IMG/VR virus record: IMGVR_UViG_3300012006_000002
Location: 38,767-102,766 of that record
Origin: a virus
Direction: 5' to 3' (one strand)
DNA length: 64,000 nt
Shown here: positions 18,570 through 28,995 of the stretch, piece after piece
How positions within the stretch are numbered: position 1 is the stretch's first letter
Layout of the letters: every line of letters starts with the position of its first letter
Translations under genes and position numbers: made by a program
The notes under the pieces: generated by a model
The model's database searches: none
What the model was told of the DNA's origin: nothing
Seen by the model: the letters and a program-made list of their open reading frames with translations, nothing else

Positions 18570-20708
18570 ATGCCTGTGACAAGTACGCTAGAGGACACTC
18601 TCTCCATCCTTTTTTCATATGTCGATAAGGGATGGAATATTTTCCCAATAGAAAAGAATGGTAAACGCCCAGTTGTTGTAAGCCGGGGGAAGGATAACTC
18701 TGGAGAAGAGTTTGAGGTTAGATTGAAGTGGAATACATTTCAATACAACAAGAATACCAAGGATCAGATAAAGACTTGGTATTCTCAGTTTCCGGAGTGC
18801 AACTGGGCAGTTGTGTGCGGCAAGATATCAAATCTTGTTGTAATGGATGTGGATGGGGATCTGGGAATTGCTTCTCTTCAAAAATTTCATCCGGAAATAC
18901 AATCAACAAAGACATGGATGCAAGCAAGCCCACATGGGTTTCACATGTTTTTTCTACACCCCGGCAGTGACGTAAAAAGTTTCCCTATTCTGCCAAAAGT
19001 TGACATCAAAGCAGATGGTGGATACATTGTTATCCATCCATCAAAAATTGATGAAGAGCAGTACAGAATCCTGATTGAGGCTCCCCTTGCAACATGTCCG
19101 GGGTGGATCGTCCGTGGTGAATCCTCACGAGACGACAATGAATCTGAGGCTGCCCCCGTTTCTGCCGAAAAGACCAGACCCCAATGGGTTTCTGATCTTA
19201 TTGCTCATGGCTCTCCTTCTGGAACACGAAATCCAGACGCTGCTCGCCTTGTAGGATATTTCTGGAATAAGGGAATAGGCAAGGACATTATCGAGACCAT
19301 CATGGCTCCATGGGCGGAGCGTTGTCAGCCTCCCTTTTCAATGAGAGAACTTCAGACAGTGATTCGAAGCATTTGTTCATATCAGCAAATGGCAAAGAAT
19401 CACGGAGTGGTTGACCCTCCTACGATGAGTTCTAGTGGTACTGGCATGAAATACACTTGGCATACGTTCAAGGTGGATATTGTCATATCAAAAGTTCTGG
19501 ATACTGATCGCTTCGGACTTGTTGGGGAGTGGGAGGTGCAGACGAATGGCATTCCCTCCCTGCCAAAATATCTCTATGGCCCCGTGGCAGTTACAATGAA
19601 GGACGGACAGAAATTGTCCGCGCTGGTCACGGAACTTGAGAAGCGGATGTTTGGACCTCCGTGGCGTCAGATGGTCAGTGACGTAGCGCGGCTAAGCATC
19701 GGTCAGTTCACTCGGGGGCAGCCATGGAGCCTTCTGCGAGATGCGCCCCGCGCACAGCAGATGGGATACGCACACAGGCCTCTCCTGTTGGCCAAGGAAC
19801 CCACCCTTTGGTTCAGCGCGGGTGGTGGCATGAAAAGCTACCTAGCCCTCGCTCTGGGCATACAAATGGAAACGGGCATTGATCTTGGGCTGGGAACTCC
19901 GCTGGTCCGGAATCATGTCGCGTACCTTGACTGGGAATGGGATATTGGCCAACATGCGCGACGATTGGATACAATAATATCTCCGTCAGACCAAGAGCGA
20001 CTTGGCGTCAATATTGTCTACCGGAATTGTGGAGGCAGACCGCTTCGCAATCAGATTGACGAACTAAAGCGACTTATCGCACAAGAAGGAGTGACGTATG
20101 TCATTATTGACTCTGCTAGTCCTGCTTGTGGTCGTGCTAGCGATAATGACGAGATTGTGGCGTTCTTTCAGAGCATCTCACAACTCAACGTGGGGTCATT
20201 AATTCTCGCTCACATCACGAAGAATGATAGAAATTCTCAGGATGATGTCCAAACTGCTTTCGGTGGAGTGCAGTGGGAGAATCAGGCTCGATCAACGTGG
20301 CATATCCGCAAGGTTCAGGAAGAGGGAAGCAACATATCCGACCTCGTCATGACACACCAGAAAATAAATGCTGGTGCAATGAATCCCCCGATTGCGATAC
20401 GATTTCAATTTCCTTATGAAGACGAGCCGGGTGGACTGGTAAGTTTCCAGATGATGAATCCCTCTGATCTTTCTCCTGAATCACTGAAAGACAGCGGGAT
20501 AAGTTTCAGGGATAAGATTAAGTTTGTCCTGAAAAACAAATCCATGTCGGTAGAAGACATTGCCGAGGCCATGAGCATGAGTCCATCACCGGGCTTGGTC
20601 AATACCCTTAAGGCCATGGAGCAGAACACCCTGACACGAATCGTGAGGAATGTCGGTGGCCAGCAGGTGGAGTGCTGGGGGCTTCGGTTTGGACGAACAG
20701 CAGATTGA
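18570..20708 (+). CDS. Bifunctional primase-polymerase (Prim-Pol) + PriCT + RecA/AAA_25-type helicase
   Basis: GWNIFPI..GKRP, NWAVVCG..SNLVVMDVD, GFHMFF, VDIKADGGYIVIHPS; GTRN PriCT motif; Walker A-like GGGMKS; Walker B VIIDS. Confidence 0.85.
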   Translation: MPVTSTLEDTLSILFSYVDKGWNIFPIEKNGKRPVVVSRGKDNSGEEFEVRLKWNTFQYNKNTKDQIKTWYSQFPECNWAVVCGKISNLVVMDVDGDLGIASLQKFHPEIQSTKTWMQASPHGFHMFFLHPGSDVKSFPILPKVDIKADGGYIVIHPSKIDEEQYRILIEAPLATCPGWIVRGESSRDDNESEAAPVSAEKTRPQWVSDLIAHGSPSGTRNPDAARLVGYFWNKGIGKDIIETIMAPWAERCQPPFSMRELQTVIRSICSYQQMAKNHGVVDPPTMSSSGTGMKYTWHTFKVDIVISKVLDTDRFGLVGEWEVQTNGIPSLPKYLYGPVAVTMKDGQKLSALVTELEKRMFGPPWRQMVSDVARLSIGQFTRGQPWSLLRDAPRAQQMGYAHRPLLLAKEPTLWFSAGGGMKSYLALALGIQMETGIDLGLGTPLVRNHVAYLDWEWDIGQHARRLDTIISPSDQERLGVNIVYRNCGGRPLRNQIDELKRLIAQEGVTYVIIDSASPACGRASDNDEIVAFFQSISQLNVGSLILAHITKNDRNSQDDVQTAFGGVQWENQARSTWHIRKVQEEGSNISDLVMTHQKINAGAMNPPIAIRFQFPYEDEPGGLVSFQMMNPSDLSPESLKDSGISFRDKIKFVLKNKSMSVEDIAEAMSMSPSPGLVNTLKAMEQNTLTRIVRNVGGQQVECWGLRFGRTAD

Positions 20709-20709
20709 T

Positions 20710-21102
20710 ATGGCGTCATTCAACGTATTTGATGTAATGAAAAAGTCTCCCCCTCGACAAAAGGGGGAGACTTCGTCGTTTCTGTCCATAGCCGAAGCAA
20801 TTGACACAATGGACAAGCTAGCCAGCATCTTGATTGCCAGCAATATCCAATGGAAAACAGGAAACCAGCGAACGTTTGCTCATTCGAGCGATATGAAATC
20901 AATAAATGAAAATGCCAGAAAAGCAGCGCTGTTCATTTATTCCGAAGAGCAAAAGGGATCTTTGCTCATTCGCAAATTTTCCGCAGAGTGCTGGAGCGAA
21001 CTTATTGCAATTACCTCTGTGGCTGAGGTACAATCGTTCTGTCAGTCAACTTCAATGAACCCATCAGTTCTTTGCAGAATAATTCTGACAGAAAAACAAT
21101 GA
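20710..21102 (+). CDS. Hypothetical protein
   Basis: ATG at 20710 directly after the primase stop. Confidence 0.6.
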   Translation: MASFNVFDVMKKSPPRQKGETSSFLSIAEAIDTMDKLASILIASNIQWKTGNQRTFAHSSDMKSINENARKAALFIYSEEQKGSLLIRKFSAECWSELIAITSVAEVQSFCQSTSMNPSVLCRIILTEKQ

Positions 21103-21105
21103 GTT

Positions 21106-21795
21106 ATGGCATTTAATAAATCAAGAAAATCCTCTACGCCCGACATTGCACTACCTGCACTTACTGGAAAATCTTGGCCAACCATATCAAGAATATTATG
21201 TATTGACGAAAGTCTTAATGATAGCGGAGCAGCACTTTTTGTTGATTGCGTATATCAAAAAGTTATTGACGAAGAGTCAAAAGATAATATCGGGCTTTTT
21301 CTAACAATCAAAAAAAATCAATCGCAAGTATTTAAAATTATTAAATACTTCAATTGGGTTGATCAAATGATTAAAGACCACAATCCAGATGTGGTGATTG
21401 GCGAAACGCATCCGTTTACTCGTGGCAATCTCAAGACAAGCAGTGCGACACTAGAAGTCATGGCTGGAATCAGGTACATTACCATGCTTGCGTGTGGATT
21501 ATCTTCAGTGCCGTATGTTGAATTTTCAACAAATCATGTAAAAACCATTATGTGTGGCGCTCCGTCAGCGTCAAAGGAAATGGTTCAAATGATTTTGAAG
21601 GGCTGCGGATACGATCTTCCAGTCTATTGGGGACAAGCACAAGAAATAAATGGTAATGTATGCGACGCTATTGCAATGGGTGAAGTTATCTGCAGAATGC
21701 AAAAACAAGAAATACTTCGCATGCAGTATAGTGTAGTTGTTGGACCCGGGCGTTCTCAAACACAAAAGCGTGCATCAACCAAATTTCAAGGATAA
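21106..21795 (+). CDS. ruvC: RuvC-like Holliday junction resolvase
   Basis: ILCIDESLNDSGAA, VIGE, VKTIMCG..ASKEMVQ and DAIAMG RuvC motifs. Confidence 0.75.
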   Translation: MAFNKSRKSSTPDIALPALTGKSWPTISRILCIDESLNDSGAALFVDCVYQKVIDEESKDNIGLFLTIKKNQSQVFKIIKYFNWVDQMIKDHNPDVVIGETHPFTRGNLKTSSATLEVMAGIRYITMLACGLSSVPYVEFSTNHVKTIMCGAPSASKEMVQMILKGCGYDLPVYWGQAQEINGNVCDAIAMGEVICRMQKQEILRMQYSVVVGPGRSQTQKRASTKFQG

Positions 21796-21799
21796 GAAA

Positions 21800-22246
21800 A
21801 TGAATTCCGGCGCAGTAAAGCCATTTCCACAAATCAATTATTTTTCTCATGATTTCAAGGAACCAGAAACAATATCAGAATGTCAGGATAGACTTTTTGA
21901 ATTACAGCAAAATTTGCATAAGATTAATCAGCAAATTAATGATCCGCACAGAATGGAAAAACTAGATATTTCCAATGAGGAATATCAGATGTGGAAACAC
22001 AAGGCAATTCATGCAAGAAATGCCAAAAGAATGCAGCAAAAAATTTTGAATCAATGGCTGCAATCGCAGAAAGTCAAGAGAGCGCTGGATGCGATTAGCG
22101 GATCAAATCCGGTAGCAATTATTGAAAAGTTAGTAGAAATTATTACCTTTTTAAAAAATAAACATAATTTTGAATTAACTGATGAAATGTCTGATATAAT
22201 TTCATTGGCTAATAACATAGTATCCAATGATCCAATAGGAAGATGA
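21800..22246 (+). CDS. Hypothetical coiled-coil protein
   Basis: ATG 21800 follows the upstream stop. Confidence 0.6.
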   Translation: MNSGAVKPFPQINYFSHDFKEPETISECQDRLFELQQNLHKINQQINDPHRMEKLDISNEEYQMWKHKAIHARNAKRMQQKILNQWLQSQKVKRALDAISGSNPVAIIEKLVEIITFLKNKHNFELTDEMSDIISLANNIVSNDPIGR

Positions 22247-22247
22247 C

Positions 22248-22697
22248 ATGCGACCAGACGACACCATGACAAATTTAACGGATGACCTGCGTCATATTAC
22301 TGAAGGTTTTCCTGCGCACCCGATACTAGAAAATTATCCAGTATTATGGGATGAAGAGGGTGACGAGTGGATTTTTCGAAGAACGACAAATGTGCTTGTT
22401 CCAAAATTGGTAGACGTTGTTGATATCAAAGAACCAGATGTCAGATATACAGTAGCTGCCATCCGGAGGTCAGTACAAAACGGCGGTGGTATTGATTTTG
22501 TGATTTGGCTTGAGGCTGATGTTCCTGATGAAAAAACTGGAATAAAGAAAAAAGTATCACAGTTATGCTTTGGCCCATCCCATGCCGAAAACATGAATCT
22601 AGTTAATTCTACGATAAGCACAACAATGATGGCTTTTGAGCAAGTGTACAAAGATCCCAAATGGATAAGTCAATTTGAAAAAAGGATCATTGTCTAA
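22248..22697 (+). CDS. Hypothetical protein
   Basis: 149 aa in a tightly packed operon. Confidence 0.6.
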   Translation: MRPDDTMTNLTDDLRHITEGFPAHPILENYPVLWDEEGDEWIFRRTTNVLVPKLVDVVDIKEPDVRYTVAAIRRSVQNGGGIDFVIWLEADVPDEKTGIKKKVSQLCFGPSHAENMNLVNSTISTTMMAFEQVYKDPKWISQFEKRIIV

Positions 22698-23032
22698 TGT
22701 CGGATTTGAGTGTCCGGGCGTTTGATCAAGCACAACGAAGAAAAAGATATCCAGAAAGAAGAGGGTCTCTTGGTGTCGCTTGCATGCAAAGAGATATTAT
22801 TACTGCGCAAAAATACTTGTCAATTGCATCTGAGATTCTGTGGCAGACATCAATTGATAAAGAATATGAAATGCCTATATTAATGACGGCAGAATCAAAA
22901 TTACAGCACACACTCAATGAATGTCTGGCGAAGGCTGGATTGCAGTTATTGCAATTAAGTGGATGCTTGGGAATAGATTTTGTTACGCTCATGCGACAAC
23001 GCCTTGAAAGAGAAGAATTGGCAGTACTCTAA
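22697..23032 (+). CDS. Hypothetical protein
   Basis: TAATG translational coupling at both ends. Confidence 0.6.
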   Translation: MSDLSVRAFDQAQRRKRYPERRGSLGVACMQRDIITAQKYLSIASEILWQTSIDKEYEMPILMTAESKLQHTLNECLAKAGLQLLQLSGCLGIDFVTLMRQRLEREELAVL

Positions 23033-23190
23033 TGGCAAATAAATTAAAATATAAATCAAAAAAAAAGAAGTATTATTGTTCAAATTGCGAAAAGGAAACA
23101 ATTGAACATAATGGAGAAAATGACATTACAAGAAGATGCAAAATATGCAAGAAAGATTGTGTCTTTATTCCCTATGAGGAGGAATGGTGA
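23032..23190 (+). CDS. Small zinc-ribbon protein (52 aa, not in ORF track)
   Basis: MANKLKYKSKKKKYYCSNC...RRCKIC...W; coupled by TAATG and TGATG overlaps. Confidence 0.65.
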   Translation: MANKLKYKSKKKKYYCSNCEKETIEHNGENDITRRCKICKKDCVFIPYEEEW

Positions 23191-23444
23191 TGAGAGCGGA
23201 GCCTGAATGGGTAATCAGCGCAGTAAAAAACGATTTAACCGCGACGTGGTGGTCGGCGGCTGAAGCATTGTTTTTGTCAAACCCAGATAATGTTCCGGAA
23301 TCCATTCATTTCATGTTAGATCCAACATGGAAAGAGCAAGAAGTGGTAGCGACCAAACACGACATCAGAGCGGTTCAGGCATGGGCGACTGGAATTCACG
23401 GATGGAACTCGCAAAAAAGTCCTCTTGAATTTCTTAAAATATAA
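23190..23444 (+). CDS. Hypothetical protein
   Basis: SD GAGGAGG; TGATG overlap. Confidence 0.6.
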   Translation: MRAEPEWVISAVKNDLTATWWSAAEALFLSNPDNVPESIHFMLDPTWKEQEVVATKHDIRAVQAWATGIHGWNSQKSPLEFLKI

Positions 23445-23463
23445 TACACATCGGAAGGCATCT

Positions 23464-23736
23464 ATGATTACCCAAATGCACACGCCCTTGCCGGTCGTCA
23501 CTCCAAGAGGAAAGGGCTGGGCGTATTTTATTATTGATAGATCGCAGGAACATTATCTTGAATGGGTAGTATTCCTTGACGACGGAGGATGTTGCTGGAC
23601 GTTTCCAAATACGGAAATTCGTATTCAGGATAATTGGTCAATGGGAAGAACAAAAATTCACGATTTTTCGTATCAACCTTCCGCTCCATTGCCAAAAGTA
23701 AACCAATCCTCGTATCCTACAAAAAACGAAACATAA
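23464..23736 (+). CDS. Conserved phage hypothetical protein
   Basis: MITQMHTPLPVVTPRGKGWAYFIID...WVVFLD..G.CWTFPN.EIR pattern. Confidence 0.6.
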   Translation: MITQMHTPLPVVTPRGKGWAYFIIDRSQEHYLEWVVFLDDGGCCWTFPNTEIRIQDNWSMGRTKIHDFSYQPSAPLPKVNQSSYPTKNET

Positions 23737-23737
23737 A

Positions 23738-24778
23738 ATGGAGAGTATCTCTGACGTTGTGCGTCGTCAATTTCGGGAACAGGCAATGAAAGATATTGCA
23801 GAATCTTCTAAATCATCGCCAAAAAAGCGACCAATCGTTGTTGAGTCCGTATCGTTGCCTGTATTTCCCGCAGAAGATCGAATGCAAAGTAGAAGAAAAA
23901 TAAAAGATTCTTCTTTAGTTGTCAATACATCAGACAATGATGAAAATGTATCAAGACCGGAAAACATTGAATCTGATAATTCGGAAGAAATTGAAAACAC
24001 AGGAACAATTTATTCAGACATGCCAGACGGTACTCCGGGCGAAGACCCATTAACTCCAGAAGAAGCCGCGTTGCAACTTGCTCTGGCTGTGCGAAAAGGT
24101 CACGAAAAAGGCAAACCAGATATTGATTGGCATCTGGTGAAATTATTGTATGTAAACGGCGGATGGACTTATGAGCGTATTGCCAATGAATGCAATATTT
24201 CCTTTACATTAGTAAGGCTCAATGGCCGAAAGGGAAGATGGCCTGAGGCGCGAGAATCATACAGGCTAGAGCAGTCCTCAAAAATTCAGGAACGAATGGC
24301 TCTTGAGGAAGATCGGCTAAGAGATTGGCAGATCATGAAGCGACGCCAAGCTGGAATTGATGGATTCAATTGGCTTGTAAAAGCAATGTCAAACTTGCGC
24401 GATGATGCTAGTCCGGAGTCCATTGCCAAACTGGGTGGACTTATTGACAGAATGATGTCATCAGTTACCGGCATGGCACCTGTAGAAGGCGCGCCGGGGG
24501 CAGTAAGCGTTCAGGTTCAAAATAACATAGGATCTAATGCATTTGCGCCAAATTCTCCCCAAGCAAAACTGGCTGCTGTATGGACAAAAAAGGTTGGAGA
24601 AACTGAGGAAGATCATACAAAGCGCTTGGCATTCACCATACGAGATTTGTATATCGAGTGTGACAGGGCTGGATTGTATGAAGATCTGAAACTGGATCCT
24701 GAGGGCCAAAGACAGATGCGCTTAAGAAATAGATTAGGCTTATCTGAACCAGTATCCATTTTGGAAGATAAACAATGA
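23738..24778 (+). CDS. terS: Terminase small subunit (putative)
   Basis: HTH segment IDWHLVKLLYVNGGWTYERIANECNIS; overlaps the TerL start (ATGA). Confidence 0.6.
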   Translation: MESISDVVRRQFREQAMKDIAESSKSSPKKRPIVVESVSLPVFPAEDRMQSRRKIKDSSLVVNTSDNDENVSRPENIESDNSEEIENTGTIYSDMPDGTPGEDPLTPEEAALQLALAVRKGHEKGKPDIDWHLVKLLYVNGGWTYERIANECNISFTLVRLNGRKGRWPEARESYRLEQSSKIQERMALEEDRLRDWQIMKRRQAGIDGFNWLVKAMSNLRDDASPESIAKLGGLIDRMMSSVTGMAPVEGAPGAVSVQVQNNIGSNAFAPNSPQAKLAAVWTKKVGETEEDHTKRLAFTIRDLYIECDRAGLYEDLKLDPEGQRQMRLRNRLGLSEPVSILEDKQ

Positions 24779-26442
24779 CATCCATGGTACAATCCGTACC
24801 TCCTCCGACAGGAATTGAAGATGGATTACGAAAATGGAGAATTGAAAAAACCATTGATGATCCATTTGAATTCGGAAGAATATATTTTCCCAAATACTGG
24901 TTTCAGGCCTCTCCGGAATTTCATAAAGATATTATGGATTTAGCGACTCGTAAAAATCCTGCAGACTGGGTTGGCAAAGAGATGCTTAATACGCTTGTTC
25001 TTGCCGCTCCAAGAAATCATAGCAAATCAACTCTTATTACATTTTTATATGTCATATGGTCGTTAGTGACGCAAAGAAAATTTTTTACTGTTATTATCTC
25101 TGATATTGCAAGAATCTCTGTTGGTCATACAAGAAATATTAAAGAAGAGTTTGAGTCAAATGAAAGATTATGCAATGATTGGGGTATAATTCTTGGAAGA
25201 GAGTGGGAGACTTTGTCGGGAGCCGCAAAAAATGAGCGGGAAAAATGGACTGACGAAGAGTTTGTAATTGGTTTTCGTAAATGGGATAAATACAAAAACT
25301 GCTGGAGCGACGAACTTGAAGACCGTGCAAAAGTGCTGGCTAGAATGGCTAATAATCCTCTTCGTGGTCTTAGGTTTGGCTTTCGGCGTCCCGATCTGGT
25401 TATTGCTGATGACTTGGAGAACGATGAACTCGTAGACACTTCTGCCCAGCGCGAGAAACTCGCTCAATGGTGGGATTCCGCTGTGGAGCCAATGATCGAG
25501 CCTCCACCCATCGGACAAATAATCTTGGTGGGAACAGTGTTGCATTATGGCTCATTGCTTAATCAAATGCTTGGTCGTCCAGATTTGTATGTCACTCGCA
25601 GGTATCAAGCAATTGTCAACAAACAATTGGAAGATGGCAGCAAAATTCAGGCACCATTGTGGCCGGAAAGATTCTCGATGGAGAGGCTTGCGGCATTAAA
25701 AGCAAAAAATGTTCTTGCTTTTCAAAAAGAATATATGAATGATCCTCGTGATGATACCACAAGATCATTTAGAAGTTCATGGATTCAATGGTATGATAGT
25801 TACGATATAACATATAATTCAATGTATAATAAATGGTATTTTAGAAATAAACCATTATCAATGTATACAGGAGTTGATTGGAGTGTTGGTAAAGACGATC
25901 AATCAGATTTTTTTGCAATTGTCATGATTGGCAGAACATCAGATAATGATATAGTTGTATTTGATATTAATGCAGACAGAACTGATGTTGCAAATCAAGT
26001 AAACAGACTTATTCAACAAAATCAAGCATATAAAATACAAATGAATGGAATTGAAGCAAACGGATTTCAGCATGTTATTATTCAACAAGTATTAAGACGA
26101 GCATTAATACCAATTAGAAAAATTGTTCATGTTTCAAGAAAAAGAAAACAAATTCGCATTGAGGGCATGGCTCCATTATTTGAACAGTCTAAAATTTTTA
26201 TACGCAAATGCGCAGAATACGAAATAACTAAAGATGAAATAACAAGTGAACCAGACTCAATCTCAGGATTTAATTATGATGAGACAAGAATGGCTGTAGT
26301 TCATCCACATTTTTGGCCCCTTTACGACCAGTTAATGACCTATCCGAGATCACAGCATGATGATATACTTGATGCTCTAGAGATGGCCATAGAAACATCA
26401 CGATCTGGCAAGCGGCTTTTTGACGAAATTTTATTAGTGTAA
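24775..26442 (+). CDS. terL: Terminase large subunit
   Basis: Walker A APRNHSKST; RGLRFG..RPDLVIADDLEND; VGTVLH; nuclease motifs GVDWS and HDDILDALEMA. Confidence 0.92.
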   Translation: MTSMVQSVPPPTGIEDGLRKWRIEKTIDDPFEFGRIYFPKYWFQASPEFHKDIMDLATRKNPADWVGKEMLNTLVLAAPRNHSKSTLITFLYVIWSLVTQRKFFTVIISDIARISVGHTRNIKEEFESNERLCNDWGIILGREWETLSGAAKNEREKWTDEEFVIGFRKWDKYKNCWSDELEDRAKVLARMANNPLRGLRFGFRRPDLVIADDLENDELVDTSAQREKLAQWWDSAVEPMIEPPPIGQIILVGTVLHYGSLLNQMLGRPDLYVTRRYQAIVNKQLEDGSKIQAPLWPERFSMERLAALKAKNVLAFQKEYMNDPRDDTTRSFRSSWIQWYDSYDITYNSMYNKWYFRNKPLSMYTGVDWSVGKDDQSDFFAIVMIGRTSDNDIVVFDINADRTDVANQVNRLIQQNQAYKIQMNGIEANGFQHVIIQQVLRRALIPIRKIVHVSRKRKQIRIEGMAPLFEQSKIFIRKCAEYEITKDEITSEPDSISGFNYDETRMAVVHPHFWPLYDQLMTYPRSQHDDILDALEMAIETSRSGKRLFDEILLV

Positions 26443-26491
26443 GAACCAGACAAGCGTTGTTAAAATAGTATACTAAATTAGAGGAAAAACA

Positions 26492-28393
26492 ATGCTGGTA
26501 GATTTATATGGAAATGCGATACTTCCCAAAAAGCAAGACTTGGATCTTACAGAGATTTTAAGTAAATCAAATATTGAAAAAGTAAACGAAAACGAAGCGC
26601 GTCGTCGTGGCCAATGGTTTTCTAATTACGGACCCAATGTCACTAATATTGGATCGCTGAATGGAACGCTTCGCAAACCACTAGACACTCCTCCCTTTGC
26701 AATGTTGCGCCAAGTTGTCAGAGACAGCCTTATCGACAGGGCAATCGTGTCTAGGCGAGTTGAAGATATCAAAGGATTATCAAGAAAAATTGTTGTTTCC
26801 GGAAAGCAAAAAGGATGGAGGGTTGTTCATAAAAGATTTGATGATCCAAATTTTGATTCTAGTGATCCCAAGATCCAACGTCGATGCCGGGAAATGGAAA
26901 AAATAATAGAGAGTCCATCGCGTCTTTATCACAAGACATTCAGGGATTTCTTGACCGTGGCCGTACAAGAAGAACTAGTGATTGATCGTCGCGCCATGGT
27001 TGTCAATCGAGATTCCAAAGGGCGTCCGGTTGAGTATTATTTGTTGCCGGGAGATACAATCCTGCCTGTGCTGTATGTCCTTATGCCGTGGATGGCACGT
27101 CGAGGCATCACCAACGAACGCGTAGCAAGAATGATCCTATCGGAAGAATATTCTCAAAAATCCGGACTGACCATCGACATCACTGAGGCGGCTTACGTAC
27201 AGGAGGTTGATGGTCAGGTAGTGGGGGCGTGGAAGGAAGATGAGATAGATGTTGAATGGTCTAACCCTTCCGGTGAATTGAACCGCTGGGGATTTGGCGT
27301 CAGTCTGCTTGAGCAATCACTTCAGGCAACATCGCTCTTGTTAAATATGTTTAATTTTAACAAGGATCTGTTTCGGCCCGGATTCCCCTCGCGAATGCTT
27401 GTATTGTCGGGAGATTATTCTGCCGAAGGATTAGCCACATTTGAGCGGCAGATTCTGGGGCAGGGTGGTCCTGCCAGTCCCAAGTCGAAAATGCCAGTTT
27501 TGCCGGGGCCAGAAAATATGCGGGCGCAAGTGTTGGATCTGACAAATAATCCCGGCGATATGCAGTTTGAACAATTTTTCAGACTTATGTCTTGTGTCAA
27601 ATGTTCATTCTTCGGCATGCATCCTTCCCGGCTAAACTTGAGCGAGAATAATCCTCAGGGTTTAGTGATGGGTTCTGGCAGTGCAACAAGCGAAGTATCA
27701 AAGACTGTCAATGAAGAAGGTTTGTACGCAATACTTGAAAGCAATGCTGACTGGTTGACGCGTACTCTTATTCAACCACACTACGATGATCTTATTCTCA
27801 TTTTTGATGGCCTTCACGAAGAAAGCGAAGCAGTTGTTCTCCAGTCATTGCAGATGGAATCTGCTTGGAGTACAAAGAACGAAATTCGCGCACGCAGGAA
27901 TCTCCCTCCTCTCAGTGACATGGAGGGCGGAGAGGTCATCAACGATGGTGTGTGGCTGCAATGGGTCTCGCTCAAGAAGCAAGAAAAGCAGCAAGAAGAT
28001 GCCAAGAAAGAATACGAAAAGGGAAATTTTGGAGGCGGCCAACCGGGCCAACCGGGTCAGCAGGGTCCAGACGGCGGTCAGCCCGGACAGGACGGTGGTC
28101 AGCCACCACAGGGGGGCGGTGATCCCGCGGCAATGATGGCCCAAATGATGGGCGGAGGACAACAGCCTGATGCTGGAGGACAGCAGCCACCTGATGCTGG
28201 AGGACAGCAGCCACCTGATGGTTCACAATCTAACGATCAGCAGCCAGCAAACGCACCTCAGCAGGGGCAAGCAGGGCAGGGTAGCCTTCCAGACGCAAAT
28301 TCGTCAGAAGATGAACAGCCTGCCGGACAAGCGCTGACGCCTAGCCAGATTCGGGAAATCTTGTCAAAGATTGGACGCTCGGGGAGGAGATAG
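26492..28393 (+). CDS. Portal protein with disordered Q/G/P-rich C-terminal tail
   Basis: Follows TerL; GFGVSLLE, DMQFEQF, NEIRARRNLPPL..GGE portal motifs. Confidence 0.85.
   Translation: MLVDLYGNAILPKKQDLDLTEILSKSNIEKVNENEARRRGQWFSNYGPNVTNIGSLNGTLRKPLDTPPFAMLRQVVRDSLIDRAIVSRRVEDIKGLSRKIVVSGKQKGWRVVHKRFDDPNFDSSDPKIQRRCREMEKIIESPSRLYHKTFRDFLTVAVQEELVIDRRAMVVNRDSKGRPVEYYLLPGDTILPVLYVLMPWMARRGITNERVARMILSEEYSQKSGLTIDITEAAYVQEVDGQVVGAWKEDEIDVEWSNPSGELNRWGFGVSLLEQSLQATSLLLNMFNFNKDLFRPGFPSRMLVLSGDYSAEGLATFERQILGQGGPASPKSKMPVLPGPENMRAQVLDLTNNPGDMQFEQFFRLMSCVKCSFFGMHPSRLNLSENNPQGLVMGSGSATSEVSKTVNEEGLYAILESNADWLTRTLIQPHYDDLILIFDGLHEESEAVVLQSLQMESAWSTKNEIRARRNLPPLSDMEGGEVINDGVWLQWVSLKKQEKQQEDAKKEYEKGNFGGGQPGQPGQQGPDGGQPGQDGGQPPQGGGDPAAMMAQMMGGGQQPDAGGQQPPDAGGQQPPDGSQSNDQQPANAPQQGQAGQGSLPDANSSEDEQPAGQALTPSQIREILSKIGRSGRR
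28154..28219 (+). repeat. Tandem ~24-bp coding repeat (GGQQPPDA)
   Basis: GGAGGACAGCAGCCACCTGATGCT-like unit, about 3 copies, in the portal tail. Confidence 0.8.
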
Positions 28394-28819
28394 CCTCTCT
28401 TTGGCCATATCACGAAAGTAGAGGGGTGGGAAGTATTTTTTTAATGGGTCCGTTTCATCCCACCCCTCTATGGTAGACATCCATTTCTTTACTTCGATAA
28501 CTTCCAGTTCTGTTGCATGCTCCATGGGGCTGGGCCATGGCATGTTCCAGTCGTCCATGACAAAAGATCGCATCATGGGATGAATACATGACGGGACTGT
28601 ATCTTTGTCGCGGCGATATGCGCGGTCTGCCAAAAGCCACCATTGCACAACATGCTCGTTTCGAGAAGAGTGAATGATCCATTCTGGGGGAAGTTTTTTC
28701 AAGTACGCAGGAGGCGTTTCCACAGTCGTTTCCGGAGATGGGGAGTCAGACTGTGAGACAGAAACTTCCGCTGCGGGCTTGCTGCTTTTTACTATTATTG
28801 CTTTTGTAAAATCTACCAT
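28364..28819 (-). CDS. Hypothetical protein (N-terminal FTKA/IVKS motifs)
   Basis: 151 aa, convergent with the portal gene. Confidence 0.65.
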   Translation of the reverse strand: MVDFTKAIIVKSSKPAAEVSVSQSDSPSPETTVETPPAYLKKLPPEWIIHSSRNEHVVQWWLLADRAYRRDKDTVPSCIHPMMRSFVMDDWNMPWPSPMEHATELEVIEVKKWMSTIEGWDETDPLKKYFPPLYFRDMAKERLSPPRASNL

Positions 28820-28995
28820 TATGTTTCTTTTTTATAAGGAACAATGCATTTCATTCCACGGATAGGGCAGTGAAAACATCTCCCCTTTTTATAGAATGCT
28901 CGAATTTCGCATCGTGTACAACGATGTTTGTGATTGACCTGTTCTCGAATATCTTTGTATCTGTCAAGTCCATACGTATAAAAAGTGAATGTCAT
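28819..28995 (-). CDS. Small zinc-finger protein (58 aa, not in ORF track)
   Basis: MTFTFYTYGLDRYKDIREQVNHKHRCTRC...RCFHC...; TAATG-coupled to dnaE upstream and to the next gene. Confidence 0.6.
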   Translation of the reverse strand: MTFTFYTYGLDRYKDIREQVNHKHRCTRCEIRAFYKKGRCFHCPIRGMKCIVPYKKET

